A stretch of DNA of 64,000 nt from an uncultured archaeon (GCA_964347415.1 CAYFYJ010000022.1:51088-115087); one strand, 5' to 3'; numbered from the stretch's first letter, positions 48,481 through 57,920 are shown. Made by a program: numbers and translations. Notes: generated by a model not told the origin, from the sequence alone.

Positions 48481-48870
48481 ATGCCGTATGTAATCTTCGA
48501 CATAAAAGGAATATTAATGCCCAAATCCTGTATAGAACAATTTGGAATAGACTTGACGCGTCATAACATCAGGAACGGCTCAACTAGTATTTTAAGGAAC
48601 TTGTACGCTGGAGTCGCGAGTGTATTTGCAAAAGAATGTTGGAATGGATTGGCTTATCGTTTTGCACAGTATGCTTATAGAGGAGCTCCAAAACGGTTTG
48701 TGGAAGAATGTAGTGAAAACTATAGAAAATTGATGCCAGATAGGTCACAGAGAGTAATAAGACATATTAGAGATCTAGGTATAGATGTTAGAATTATCAC
48801 TCATGATATTCGTTCACTCCTTAGAGGAATTTATGATGGATTGGAGTTTGATTTAGAGAGACTCAAATGA
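48481..48870 (+). CDS. Hypothetical protein. N-terminus resembles a degenerate HAD motif I (FDIKGIL).
   Basis: ORF with locally elevated GC. Confidence 0.25.
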   Translation: MPYVIFDIKGILMPKSCIEQFGIDLTRHNIRNGSTSILRNLYAGVASVFAKECWNGLAYRFAQYAYRGAPKRFVEECSENYRKLMPDRSQRVIRHIRDLGIDVRIITHDIRSLLRGIYDGLEFDLERLK

Positions 48871-48874
48871 TCTG

Positions 48875-49192
48875 ATGGATAATGATTTTTCTTTTCATAA
48901 TGATCGTGTGTCTGGTATAGTCCATGATAAGGATGGTTGGCCGCGTGTACATGACAAGGCTCGCATACTGAGAGATTATATGTCAAAAAAAGGAGACAGA
49001 CCAGAAAATGGAGTTCTAGTCGTGCATGGGCCTGAAGAGAGATCGATGGCACGCATGTTTGGATATAGAATAATCGTTCCCAAAAAGGGTTCTTGTAAGG
49101 AATTGCGGAGAAATGCTAAAGAGACTTATCAAGATTTGGAATCAGTGCCTGGGATAGTCGCGAATATTTTTGATAGACAAAGAATTCTATAA
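48875..49192 (+). CDS. Hypothetical protein.
   Basis: ORF 4 nt downstream of the previous one. Locally elevated GC. Confidence 0.25.
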   Translation: MDNDFSFHNDRVSGIVHDKDGWPRVHDKARILRDYMSKKGDRPENGVLVVHGPEERSMARMFGYRIIVPKKGSCKELRRNAKETYQDLESVPGIVANIFDRQRIL

Positions 49193-49225
49193 AAAAATTA
49201 AACTAAGCAGATAGATTCCTATTGT

Positions 49226-49918
49226 TTAAAATTTTATTTTTTTACTTTTCAATCTTTTTTGAATCTTTTCACCCGTCAATTCTCGGAGTGCATCAGAGGC
49301 AATCCATCTAGCACTCCTCGAATCCGTTTTTTGAATCTCTTTGGCGGTTTTGATTGCCTTCTTGTTTAAATTTATATTGCGTTTTCCAATCTGTCTCAGC
49401 GCCCAGTTAACCGCCTTCTTAACAAAATTTCTGTTATCATTGACTTCTCTCTTTATAATGGGAAAGAATTTCTCGAATTGTTTATCCTCGGCTTTCTTAT
49501 CATGAACAGACAAAGTTGCCATCAAAACAAATCCCGCACGTTTAACGAATTCTTCTTCTCTTGAACTCCATTCAACAGCTTTTCTGTATGCAAAAGGGGT
49601 CTTATCAAAAAGATTACCACAAACCTGGTCACATACATCCCATGAATCAAACTCCTTTACCCAATTTTCCATTTGCTTCTCAGTTACCTGTTTTGGGTCA
49701 TCTATCATTCCTGCAAGAATGCGTGCTTCATGAATTTCTGAGATCCAGAGTTGTTGAGCTAGGTTGTGATCCTTTCCTATCTCCTTGGCCATTGGCCTTA
49801 GAGTGTATAGAGATACTCCATAGGCCCTTTCGGTATTAATACCAAATCGTGCCATGCCCGCTACTGCTTCTGGATTAGACAAGGATTTTAGTTGTTTCAA
49901 AATTTCTTCATGTTTCAT
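49226..49918 (-). CDS. DNA alkylation repair enzyme (AlkD/AlkC-like HEAT-repeat glycosylase family).
   Basis: Family-typical helical repeats (…MARFGINTERAYGVS…, …WDVCDQVC…). Confidence 0.6.
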   Translation of the reverse strand: MKHEEILKQLKSLSNPEAVAGMARFGINTERAYGVSLYTLRPMAKEIGKDHNLAQQLWISEIHEARILAGMIDDPKQVTEKQMENWVKEFDSWDVCDQVCGNLFDKTPFAYRKAVEWSSREEEFVKRAGFVLMATLSVHDKKAEDKQFEKFFPIIKREVNDNRNFVKKAVNWALRQIGKRNINLNKKAIKTAKEIQKTDSRSARWIASDALRELTGEKIQKRLKSKKIKF

Positions 49919-50022
49919 AGAATTATTTCCATTTATATTTTGGGTTTCTTGATATTATGATCCAAGCTATGGAATAAAATAGATTCTTTAAGTATAAAAA
50001 AATTAAAATCAATTATTAAACC

Positions 50023-50982
50023 ATGAAAGCAGCATACATCACAGTAATATTAGTTTTAATTGTATTAGCTGGAATAGGATATTATTACACCACCCCACCA
50101 ATTCCTGAAATAACAACAACCACAAGTCCATTAACGACAACATCTCCAACAATTACGATCATAACAACTACACCAACAACCACAGGTGCCACAACAACTA
50201 CTATAGAGTGTAATTGCCCAGATGGGTATATACAAGAGGGCGACTCTTGTAACCCAGAATGCCTTTTCAGCACGCCACCTTGTGCAAGTCCTACTATTCC
50301 TTGTGATGCAACTATAACAACAACCACTCCTATTGTAACTGAAGGAATTCTTGTAATGAAGATAAAAGATAAACTAGATTTGACAAACATTTCAGCAATA
50401 GATCTAATTATAAGTAAAGTAGAAGTTCATAAGACAGGGAATGACGATGAAACCGAATCCAATGAAACCTTTGAAACCAACGAGACATCTTCGGCAGGCT
50501 GGATAACAATCGTGGATGAAACCAAATCTTATAACCTTCTCGATCTAGTCGATGCACCAGGAGAAGTCATGGGAGAGAAAACCCTTTCGGCAGGAAAATA
50601 CACACAAATTAGATTATATGTAAGTGAAGCAAAGTTAACATTAGAGAACGAAACTTATGACATAAAAGTCCCAAGCAAGAGATTCTACTGGATACATCCA
50701 TTTTACATAGAATCAGGAAAGATAACAACATTAACTCTAGATTTTGATGCAGCTGATTCAATAAAAGAAACTGGTAAAAACAAGTTCATCTTAAAACCAA
50801 CAGTGAAGATAATAGGTGAAATTTCAACAACCACGACGACTATTTCAACTTCGAGTACAACAACAACCATGACTACAACTGAAAGTACGACAACAGAATC
50901 AACTACAACCCTAAATGCTACAACAACTTCTAGCACGACTTCCTCATCTACAACCACTTCTTCAACAACGACTGTCAGTTAA
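50023..50982 (+). CDS. Thr-rich cell-surface protein with a DUF4382-like beta domain.
   Basis: N-terminal TM, poly-Thr/Ser linkers (TTTSPLTTTSPTITIITTTPTTTGATTTT; C-terminal STTTTMTTTESTTTESTTTL…). Confidence 0.5.
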   Translation: MKAAYITVILVLIVLAGIGYYYTTPPIPEITTTTSPLTTTSPTITIITTTPTTTGATTTTIECNCPDGYIQEGDSCNPECLFSTPPCASPTIPCDATITTTTPIVTEGILVMKIKDKLDLTNISAIDLIISKVEVHKTGNDDETESNETFETNETSSAGWITIVDETKSYNLLDLVDAPGEVMGEKTLSAGKYTQIRLYVSEAKLTLENETYDIKVPSKRFYWIHPFYIESGKITTLTLDFDAADSIKETGKNKFILKPTVKIIGEISTTTTTISTSSTTTTMTTTESTTTESTTTLNATTTSSTTSSSTTTSSTTTVS

Positions 50983-51009
50983 ACCAGAAAGAAATTAAAA
51001 CACCCGGAG

Positions 51010-51780
51010 CTAGCTCCTTTTGTTGAACAAATAGGCCCCAACCAAGAGCATAGAAAAAGAAAATATTGAAACCACACCAAAACTCAAGACAATATTCATG
51101 CTAGAAAAACCGATCAATATTGAACGCAGCAATTCAACTCCATAAGTCACAGGATCCAAGTAAGTTATAATTCTTATCAAACTGGGAAGATCATTTATCG
51201 GAAACAACGCTCCTGATAGAAAGAACATTGGCATTATCACGAATTGCATTATCAGACCAAAACTTTCTAATGTATCAAGACTTGAAGCAAGCGCTATCCC
51301 AATCCCAACCAACCCTAAAGCAATTAAAACCATCATCGGAATCATCATTAAAAAAACAAGAACGTCCATTCTCACAGCTATAAAATATTCACTGGAAATA
51401 CTCTTTATAAAAAAAACCAACAAGAGTAAGAATGTTGCTTGGATTAATGCAGTCGTGGCTCCACCCAAAGCTTTACCAGCAACTATCGACAACCTAGAAA
51501 TCGGAGCAACCAGCATCTCTTTCATGAATCCTAATTCCCTATCCCATATAACAGTTATTCCAGAAAAGATGGAATTGAACATCAATGCCATGGTAATTAT
51601 CCCAGGGGTGATAAAAGAAGTGTAATCTATGTCCATGCTAACGGAGGCTCTAATGCTACTACCGAATATCAACAACCAAAAAATAGGCATTGCCAATGAA
51701 CCGATCATTCTCTCTCTCGCTCTAATATATCTCAGCATCTCCCTCAACCAGACAGTGTAGATAGCTTCTAATTCACGCAT
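51010..51780 (-). CDS. ABC-2 type transporter permease.
   Basis: Six TM helices with the ABC-2 family pattern. Confidence 0.7.
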   Translation of the reverse strand: MRELEAIYTVWLREMLRYIRARERMIGSLAMPIFWLLIFGSSIRASVSMDIDYTSFITPGIITMALMFNSIFSGITVIWDRELGFMKEMLVAPISRLSIVAGKALGGATTALIQATFLLLLVFFIKSISSEYFIAVRMDVLVFLMMIPMMVLIALGLVGIGIALASSLDTLESFGLIMQFVIMPMFFLSGALFPINDLPSLIRIITYLDPVTYGVELLRSILIGFSSMNIVLSFGVVSIFSFSMLLVGAYLFNKRS

Positions 51781-52773
51781 TCAATGGCCCCCCATCCCCC
51801 TTCTTCTCCTTATCTTCAACTCTTCTCTCAAACTGACAGTCTCCTCTCTAATCTCCCTTCCAGTCAAATGCAGAAACACATCATTCAAAGTTGGTTTCCG
51901 GATGTTAGCTTCAACCACTTCTATTTTATTTTTCTTGGCCCTCTCTAAGACTTTTTTTATCTCTTTGCCAGCATTCTTCACAGACAGAAGGACTTGACTG
52001 TCAAAGATTTTTGCATTCTTGAAAACCTTTTTTGCCTTCTCTACATCTCCATCCGGAATGTCAAGTATTATCGTGTCGCCACCGAGACTATCCTTCAATT
52101 TTTTCGGTGTGTCCATAGCGATAATTTTTCCATGGTCTATTATCGCCACCTCATCACAGATTTCATCCGCTTCTTCCATATAATGCGTTGTCATCATTAT
52201 CGTTATCTTATAGTCTTTCTTCAATTTCAGTATGTAATCCCACACATGTTTTCTAGTCTGTGGATCCAAACCAAGTGTGGGCTCATCCAAGAACAAAACT
52301 CTTGGATAGTGTATCAAACCTCTTGCTATCTCTAACCTCCTCTGCATTCCCCCGGAAAAAGTTTTTACTATGGAATTCCCTCTATCTAATAATTCAACCA
52401 ATTCAAGAACTTCGTCTATTCTCTTTCGTCGCTCAGGTTTTGGTACGCCATATAGTCTAGCATGCAATTCCAGATTTTCTCTAGCAGTCAACCTATCATC
52501 CAGAGTTGTATCCTGAAACACTAATCCAATACATTTTCTGATTTCATCCGGGTGTTTGATTACATCATATCGACAGACTGTTGCCTCCCCACTGGTAGGT
52601 CTTATCAATGTACACAACATGTTGATAGTCGTCGTCTTTCCTGCCCCGTTCGGTCCGAGGAAACCGAATATTTTCCCCGTTTCAATTTTAAAGCTTATAT
52701 CATCGACTGCTTTGATCTCATTGTTGAAGACTTTACTCAAATTCTTTACTTCTATTATCGCCAAGAAAATCAA
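51781..52773 (-). CDS. ABC transporter ATP-binding protein (ABC-2/DrrA-like).
   Basis: Walker A GPNGAGKTT, signature SGGMQRR, Walker B LFLDEPT. Confidence 0.85.
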   Translation of the reverse strand: MIFLAIIEVKNLSKVFNNEIKAVDDISFKIETGKIFGFLGPNGAGKTTTINMLCTLIRPTSGEATVCRYDVIKHPDEIRKCIGLVFQDTTLDDRLTARENLELHARLYGVPKPERRKRIDEVLELVELLDRGNSIVKTFSGGMQRRLEIARGLIHYPRVLFLDEPTLGLDPQTRKHVWDYILKLKKDYKITIMMTTHYMEEADEICDEVAIIDHGKIIAMDTPKKLKDSLGGDTIILDIPDGDVEKAKKVFKNAKIFDSQVLLSVKNAGKEIKKVLERAKKNKIEVVEANIRKPTLNDVFLHLTGREIREETVSLREELKIRRRRGMGGH

Positions 52774-53898
52774 CTAGAATATTTTTTTCCACAACTTCTT
52801 CTTCCATACAAAGAATACAACTACCAACACAACTATAACTATAATCCATGTCGGAAACGTGAATGGTATAACCCAAGACACATCCTCAGTTTGACTGTAC
52901 TGTTTATTGTCTGGGCCTTCGTACGAAATCTCCAACTTCCCTCTCATACTATTCGGTAAAGAAAACTTCAAAGTACTCCTTTTGTCGATTTTAACACTCG
53001 TGACATAATCTAAATCAAATACCTTTTCATCAACCAACAACTTAGCGGCTATGGCTTTAGCCTCCGCATTCCCGATGTTTACTATCTCAAAAGTTAAATC
53101 AGAGGCTTGTCTGTCTGCCTCGACTTTGTAGACTTGAAGTTTTGGTTCCCCACTGATCAATACTCCCACATCAAAACTCTCTGTTAACTCATTCCCAGAT
53201 TCATCGTCGTAGGTGACGTTTATTTTTCCTATGTAAATTCCGTATTCTGAATCTGAATCAGCCAGAATGGTGAATTCAGTTTGTTTACTTTCTGAAGGCC
53301 CTACATCACCTAAATAAGCTACACCACCAGATAAGACAGGATCTACATAATCAGAGGTTGATGTGAAAGTTACACTAGTTCTCCTTGCCTTACCTGTCCC
53401 AACATTCTGCAATTTTGCTGTTATATTCCCTTGATCACCCGGACTTATAGTATCGCTAACAACATCCAACAATTCAAACTTTGGTTCACCCTGTACACGG
53501 ACCATCACATTCCTAACAAATCTTTTATCTCCATTATAAGTTACTCTAACTGGTATTTCATACAAAGCAGAAACTGCTGAACTATCTACATAAAGATTAT
53601 AATCAACTATTCTCGTTTTCCTAATTTTAATTGAACCTACTTCCTTTTTAGAACCCTCTATTAAGGTAAACGGTTCAATAGGTTCTAGTTCTATTACTAC
53701 GTTTGTTGCGTCTAAGCTACCATTATTAAGTAAACTTAAAGAAAGCACAAGATTATTACCAGGCTCGACCGGATAAGGATCAGTAAAAGTCGTCTCAACT
53801 ACTAACTGGTATGTAAGTACTGGTGCACTTAAAATTCCAGGTAGACTAAAAACTAAAATTACCGAGATCAATGTCGTAAACAAAAATATTGTTTTCAT
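52774..53898 (-). CDS. Cell-surface protein (CARDB/S-layer-like) with signal peptide and C-terminal TM anchor.
   Basis: Signal peptide, beta-rich body, C-terminal WIIVIVVLVVVFFVW + KKKLWKK. Confidence 0.45.
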   Translation of the reverse strand: MKTIFLFTTLISVILVFSLPGILSAPVLTYQLVVETTFTDPYPVEPGNNLVLSLSLLNNGSLDATNVVIELEPIEPFTLIEGSKKEVGSIKIRKTRIVDYNLYVDSSAVSALYEIPVRVTYNGDKRFVRNVMVRVQGEPKFELLDVVSDTISPGDQGNITAKLQNVGTGKARRTSVTFTSTSDYVDPVLSGGVAYLGDVGPSESKQTEFTILADSDSEYGIYIGKINVTYDDESGNELTESFDVGVLISGEPKLQVYKVEADRQASDLTFEIVNIGNAEAKAIAAKLLVDEKVFDLDYVTSVKIDKRSTLKFSLPNSMRGKLEISYEGPDNKQYSQTEDVSWVIPFTFPTWIIVIVVLVVVFFVWKKKLWKKIF

Positions 53899-53921
53899 AT
53901 AGTCAACCCCTTAGTATTTTA

Positions 53922-54326
53922 TCATTTTATATATTTTTCCCTCCACAAATAATTTGTTATTAGAGCCGCTATGACATAACTAAATATCATTATTAGCAAT
54001 TCAACGAAAAACATCAAGAAATAATAATCAATTGTTTCTCCAGTCATCAACACTAATGTCCATATGAGAAACCATCTAGAAATACCAGAAATAATGGCTT
54101 GAAAGATTTTGAATTTTTTAAATATCAAACTGTAGATCAATGGAAACAAAACTGTTATAGCACCAAATAATGTCATATAAAAGATAGGACCAGTAAAAAA
54201 GTACTCAATGGGGTAACCAAAAATTATATAGTTCAACAAGAGCAACGGTAACATTATAACCCAGGCAACTATACCTATAGCGATTGTCTTCCATATGGAG
54301 ATTCCTGGTATAAATTTTCTTTTCAA
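53922..54326 (-). CDS. Small polytopic membrane protein.
   Basis: Four predicted TM helices. Confidence 0.35.
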   Translation of the reverse strand: MKRKFIPGISIWKTIAIGIVAWVIMLPLLLLNYIIFGYPIEYFFTGPIFYMTLFGAITVLFPLIYSLIFKKFKIFQAIISGISRWFLIWTLVLMTGETIDYYFLMFFVELLIMIFSYVIAALITNYLWREKYIK

Positions 54327-55009
54327 TTTTTATGCCCCCCTGATATTTTACCGTCTTTTATCCTTATTATCCTTTCTGCTGATCTTGCTATCGAATGATC
54401 ATGAGTCACGATCAGGAAAGTATAACCTTTATCATTCAATTTATTCATCAGATCTATAATTTCACCACCAGTCCTCGTATCCAAATTACCAGTCGGCTCA
54501 TCTGCCAATACTATCAACGGCTCGTTCGCTAAAGCTCTGGCAATAGCAACTCTTTGCAATTCACCACCGGATAATTGTCTGGGAAAGTGATTTAATCTTT
54601 CTCCGAGTTTGACTATGTTTAACAGCTTCTTAGCACGTTCTTTCGATTCGTTCTTACTTAAACCAGCAATCCTCATTGGCATCTCAACATTCTCTAACGC
54701 AGTGAACACTCCAATCAAGTTAAATTGTTGAAAAACAAAACCAATTTTCCTTCTTCTTATCAGGGCTAACTCATCATCCGATAACTTGTATACATCTTCC
54801 CCTTCTATGAAAATCTTTCCTTTTGTGGGTCTATCCAAACAACCGATTATGTGCATGAGTGTAGATTTACCAGAGCCTGAAGGTCCTAATAATGCAATCA
54901 TTTCCCCCTTCTTGATCTTCAAATCTATGCCCTTCAATACTTTCAACTCATTATGCATTCCAGGGTTGTAAATTTTTTCTACGTCTTTTACTTCGATTAT
55001 GTTACTCAT
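54323..55009 (-). CDS. ABC transporter ATP-binding protein (MacB/LolD/FtsE-like).
   Basis: Walker A GPSGSGKST, signature LSGGELQR, Walker B LADEPTGNLD. Confidence 0.85.
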   Translation of the reverse strand: MSNIIEVKDVEKIYNPGMHNELKVLKGIDLKIKKGEMIALLGPSGSGKSTLMHIIGCLDRPTKGKIFIEGEDVYKLSDDELALIRRRKIGFVFQQFNLIGVFTALENVEMPMRIAGLSKNESKERAKKLLNIVKLGERLNHFPRQLSGGELQRVAIARALANEPLIVLADEPTGNLDTRTGGEIIDLMNKLNDKGYTFLIVTHDHSIARSAERIIRIKDGKISGGHKN

Positions 55010-56153
55010 ATCTTATCGCCTCTATCGGATCGAGTTTAGCAGCCTTCCAAGCGGGGTAGAATCCTCCAAATACGCCTAATACAGTTGTGAACATCAAACT
55101 ACCAAGGACAAGTTGAAAAGTCACTTGTGCTCGAGCCATACCAATTGAGACAAATCTTAAAGAATAACTACCCAGTCCGCCTAATACCACACCCAATAAC
55201 CCACCTATTAAAGTAATCATAATAGACTCGAGTAAGATTTGCGTTAATACAAATCTGCTTGTCGCACCGACCGCTTTCATTATACCAATCTCTCTCCTTC
55301 TTTCCATTATCGACATTATCATCGTATTCATTACACCCAGTCCTCCAACGACTGCAGATATCCCTGCCATTCCTAAAGTGAAAATCCTGATGGTATCAAC
55401 AATCTGAGCTGCCTGATTTGCTATTTCTGCCTGGGTATGAGCACTCAGATCATCAAAATCTTCTTCTATCTCTTCTGCAAGAGATTCAATTTTACCTATA
55501 TTATCTGGAACAACATAAGCTGCTCCATAAGAATCCATACCATAGACATCCATCATTGTCCCCAGTGGCATCACGATTATTTCATCTACTTGTTCTATAT
55601 TTTCCTCAAAAATACCAATTACTTCAAAATCTTCTTCTTTGAATTCAAGCGTATCACCAACTTCGAGATCATGATCCTCTGCATATTTATAACCCAACAT
55701 CACAGAGAATTCATTGTCTGATTCTAATTCTCTTCCAGAATCTAACTCAATTCCTTTACCAGTATAAAACTCTTGATTTGCAGGATCTACACCAACTATA
55801 ACATACTCAGGTCCTTGCATTGCTGCCATCTCTCCAACAGCAAAACTGAGTGGAACAACTTCCTTAACACCCGAAAAACTTTCTAGTTCTTCTATTTGTT
55901 CTGATGTAATCTCTGATCCTTGAAATCCCATCATAAATCCACCAGCCTCTTTTTCAGTAACCATGATTGTTCCTCCCAAAAATTCTAATTCTTCATTTAT
56001 CATCGCGTTTATCCCTTCAGATATAGAACCGAGAGCAACTATGGCAGTAATTCCAATTAGTACACCGAAAATAGTCAACCCAGTCCTGGTTTTTACTCTC
56101 AAAATATTCTTTAAAGCCAAATCAATCAAATCATTCACCAGCAACTCTTTCAA
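55002..56153 (-). CDS. FtsX/MacB-like ABC permease with a periplasmic core domain.
   Basis: N-terminal TM, large extracytoplasmic domain, three C-terminal TM helices (FtsX fold). Confidence 0.75.
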   Translation of the reverse strand: MKELLVNDLIDLALKNILRVKTRTGLTIFGVLIGITAIVALGSISEGINAMINEELEFLGGTIMVTEKEAGGFMMGFQGSEITSEQIEELESFSGVKEVVPLSFAVGEMAAMQGPEYVIVGVDPANQEFYTGKGIELDSGRELESDNEFSVMLGYKYAEDHDLEVGDTLEFKEEDFEVIGIFEENIEQVDEIIVMPLGTMMDVYGMDSYGAAYVVPDNIGKIESLAEEIEEDFDDLSAHTQAEIANQAAQIVDTIRIFTLGMAGISAVVGGLGVMNTMIMSIMERRREIGIMKAVGATSRFVLTQILLESIMITLIGGLLGVVLGGLGSYSLRFVSIGMARAQVTFQLVLGSLMFTTVLGVFGGFYPAWKAAKLDPIEAIRYE

Positions 56154-56661
56154 GTTTTTTTACAGTTTCTTTTAAAACTCTTTCAAGATTTTTGTGTTTG
56201 GTTTCATCTCTTGCAATATGAAATATCAACTTTCTAGATTTGAACAAATATTTTCTTAAACTTGGTGATAAAACAAAAATAATCCTTCTATTAGATCTGA
56301 TATTAGATTCCATCATTCTTCTTAATTCTGATTCTTTGACATCTAATATTTGACTCATTACACCGACAAAATCTCGAAACCTATCTTTCATTTCGTTTAA
56401 ACTTTTATCAAATTTCTCTATGAATATTTTTCCTTCTTTTGTGAGTTCGTAATATTTTCTCCTACCCTCTTTAAATTTGATCACAAGACCCTTTTTTTCT
56501 AGATCATGTAAAGTTGGGTATATTCCTCCAGGACTAGGTTTCCAGCCAGTTTCATTCTCTATTGATTTTATGATATCATAACCATGTTTAGGTCCAGATC
56601 TAAGTAATTTCAAAACATACGATTTGAGAAAACCGCGTGGTACTATCTTTTCTCCGACCAT
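56131..56661 (-). CDS. PadR-family transcriptional regulator.
   Basis: …LRSGPKHGYDIIKSIENETGWKPSPGGIYPTLHDLEKKGLV… winged helix. Confidence 0.7.
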   Translation of the reverse strand: MVGEKIVPRGFLKSYVLKLLRSGPKHGYDIIKSIENETGWKPSPGGIYPTLHDLEKKGLVIKFKEGRRKYYELTKEGKIFIEKFDKSLNEMKDRFRDFVGVMSQILDVKESELRRMMESNIRSNRRIIFVLSPSLRKYLFKSRKLIFHIARDETKHKNLERVLKETVKKLERVAGE

Positions 56662-56772
56662 TATATCAATATTGATATATTAGCATTGATATATTTATAT
56701 TTTTTAATCAAATCAACAGAAAAAATGCATCAATAAAAATAGAAAAAAAGAGGGGAATAATTCCCCACCAAT

Positions 56773-56940
56773 TTAACAATCCCTTGATTTCAACGTCTTT
56801 CTTCCGTTTGCCTTTGCTCTATCACCTGCTCTTCTAACCATAGCAGCTACGTCTGCGTCAAGTCTCTTCAAGAATTCGTCACTGACGTTGAACCTTCCCT
56901 TTACTAACTCTCTTATCGCGCTTTTTACGATTACAGCCAT
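56773..56940 (-). CDS. Small histone-fold-like protein (DUF1931-like), 55 aa.
   Basis: MAVIVKSAIRELVKGRFNVSDEFLKRLDADVAAMVRRAGDRAKANGRKTLKSRD. Not in the ORF track. Confidence 0.4.
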   Translation of the reverse strand: MAVIVKSAIRELVKGRFNVSDEFLKRLDADVAAMVRRAGDRAKANGRKTLKSRDC

Positions 56941-57116
56941 TTATTTTTCACCCCCTCGTTTAAGGTCTAAAAAGCCTTAAAAAGGGCTTTTTTCTACTAT
57001 TTTATAGCACATACTTATATAAAAAGCTTTGCTTTTTCGGGGGTTTTAGGTATTTTAGCATTTTGTTTTAAAAAATGCACTAAAACACATAAAAGAAGGC
57101 AGTATTTTTAACCTTT

Positions 57117-57443
57117 TTAACAAACTTCTATTTTTTTCCCTGAAACAACCTTTCCCTTGTTTTTGTTGCAATTTGGACACAATACTCTAAAAACATCTTC
57201 TGGATTTGATGTTCTAGTCTCACCAGTATAACCACAAGAGCATCTTATCTCCACAGGTATTTCCTGTACAAATGTTTTCACAGGAACTTGATAATGAATC
57301 AACATCTGTTTGAGTAATAGATCAAACTCTTTGATATGATGAGATTTTGGAACTTTTACAATAAAACTTTTTTTCCCATTCTTCGTCCACTCACCCATTA
57401 TCTGGCCGATGGTCTCTGTCACATACTTGACTTCACGTGCCAA
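57117..57443 (-). CDS. HypA-like zinc-ribbon protein (lacks the His2 Ni ligand).
   Basis: The length is about 108 aa and the N-terminal helix-strand pattern is HypA-like. C-terminal …CSCGYTGE…(17)…CPNCNKNKGKVVSGKKIEV resembles HypA CxxC…CPxC…SGxEL. Confidence 0.35.
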   Translation of the reverse strand: MAREVKYVTETIGQIMGEWTKNGKKSFIVKVPKSHHIKEFDLLLKQMLIHYQVPVKTFVQEIPVEIRCSCGYTGETRTSNPEDVFRVLCPNCNKNKGKVVSGKKIEVC

Positions 57444-57525
57444 TGAATCACCAAAAAACTTAACTAAAACACTCTCCCGACATAGTAATAATATATTATT
57501 TGTTCTTCTCGGTTATAAACGTTAC

Positions 57526-57765
57526 TTACTGGTTGTTCTTTCCGCCTGGTAGAACCCTTATTCCTGCTTTGAATGGTTCCTCGTCCCCCTTACCGTATTT
57601 CTTCACGAAAGTAGAAGTTTTCATTTTTAGTTTTTTCGAACATTCCTCACAGACGTATGCAACCTTTCTCGTTTTTGTGTTGCCGAGTGTTACAACTTCT
57701 ATGTTTTTCTTACAAACAGAACATTTGCCTGGATGCCTGAGTGAAATCATTATTTTTTTTATCAT
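57526..57765 (-). CDS. Zinc-ribbon protein, possibly ribosomal or translation-related. Start trimmed to the internal Met because the long ORF overlaps a tRNA.
   Basis: …GKCSVCKK…(19)…CEECSKK… on a basic protein. The long ORF 57526..57831 overlaps tRNA-Met at 57776-57886. Confidence 0.35.
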   Translation of the reverse strand: MIKKIMISLRHPGKCSVCKKNIEVVTLGNTKTRKVAYVCEECSKKLKMKTSTFVKKYGKGDEEPFKAGIRVLPGGKNNQ

Positions 57766-57775
57766 TGGTTTCGAT

Positions 57776-57886
57776 TGCTGGGAGCGGGATTTGAACCCGC
57801 GATCTCCGGATTTCTTATCATCTTGAATCAAAACTCATTCCTCAATGAGTATGAGTCCGGCGCTTTAACCACTAAGCCACCCCAGC
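57776..57886 (-). tRNA. tRNA-Met (anticodon CAU; elongator, or the Ile2 CAU type) with a 38-nt intron at 37/38.
   Basis: Acceptor GCUGGGG/UCCCAGC, D-arm GCUU…AAGC, anticodon stem CCGGA/UCCGG with loop CUCAUA|intron|A, T-arm GCGGGUUCAAAUCCCGC. The mature form is 73 nt. Confidence 0.65.
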
Positions 57887-57920
57887 TTCAATAAAGAATT
57901 AGAGAATCAAAATTTATAAG

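Noticed and set aside
50023-50982. A CRISPR-like or tandem-repeat array suggested by repetitive ACA/ACT-rich DNA.
   Set aside because: The repeats are in-frame Thr/Ser codons of a coding gene. There are no spacer-repeat units of regular length.
56967-56992. A hairpin AAAGCC-N8-GGCUUU followed by a T-run, a candidate intrinsic terminator.
   Set aside because: Archaeal termination relies mainly on oligo-T tracts, and the hairpin lies about 130 nt from the nearest gene end. It is noted but not called.
57526-57831. A full-length 101-aa ORF whose N-terminus is MIQDDKK….
   Set aside because: Its first 19 codons overlap tRNA-Met on the same strand. The CDS was trimmed to an internal Met.
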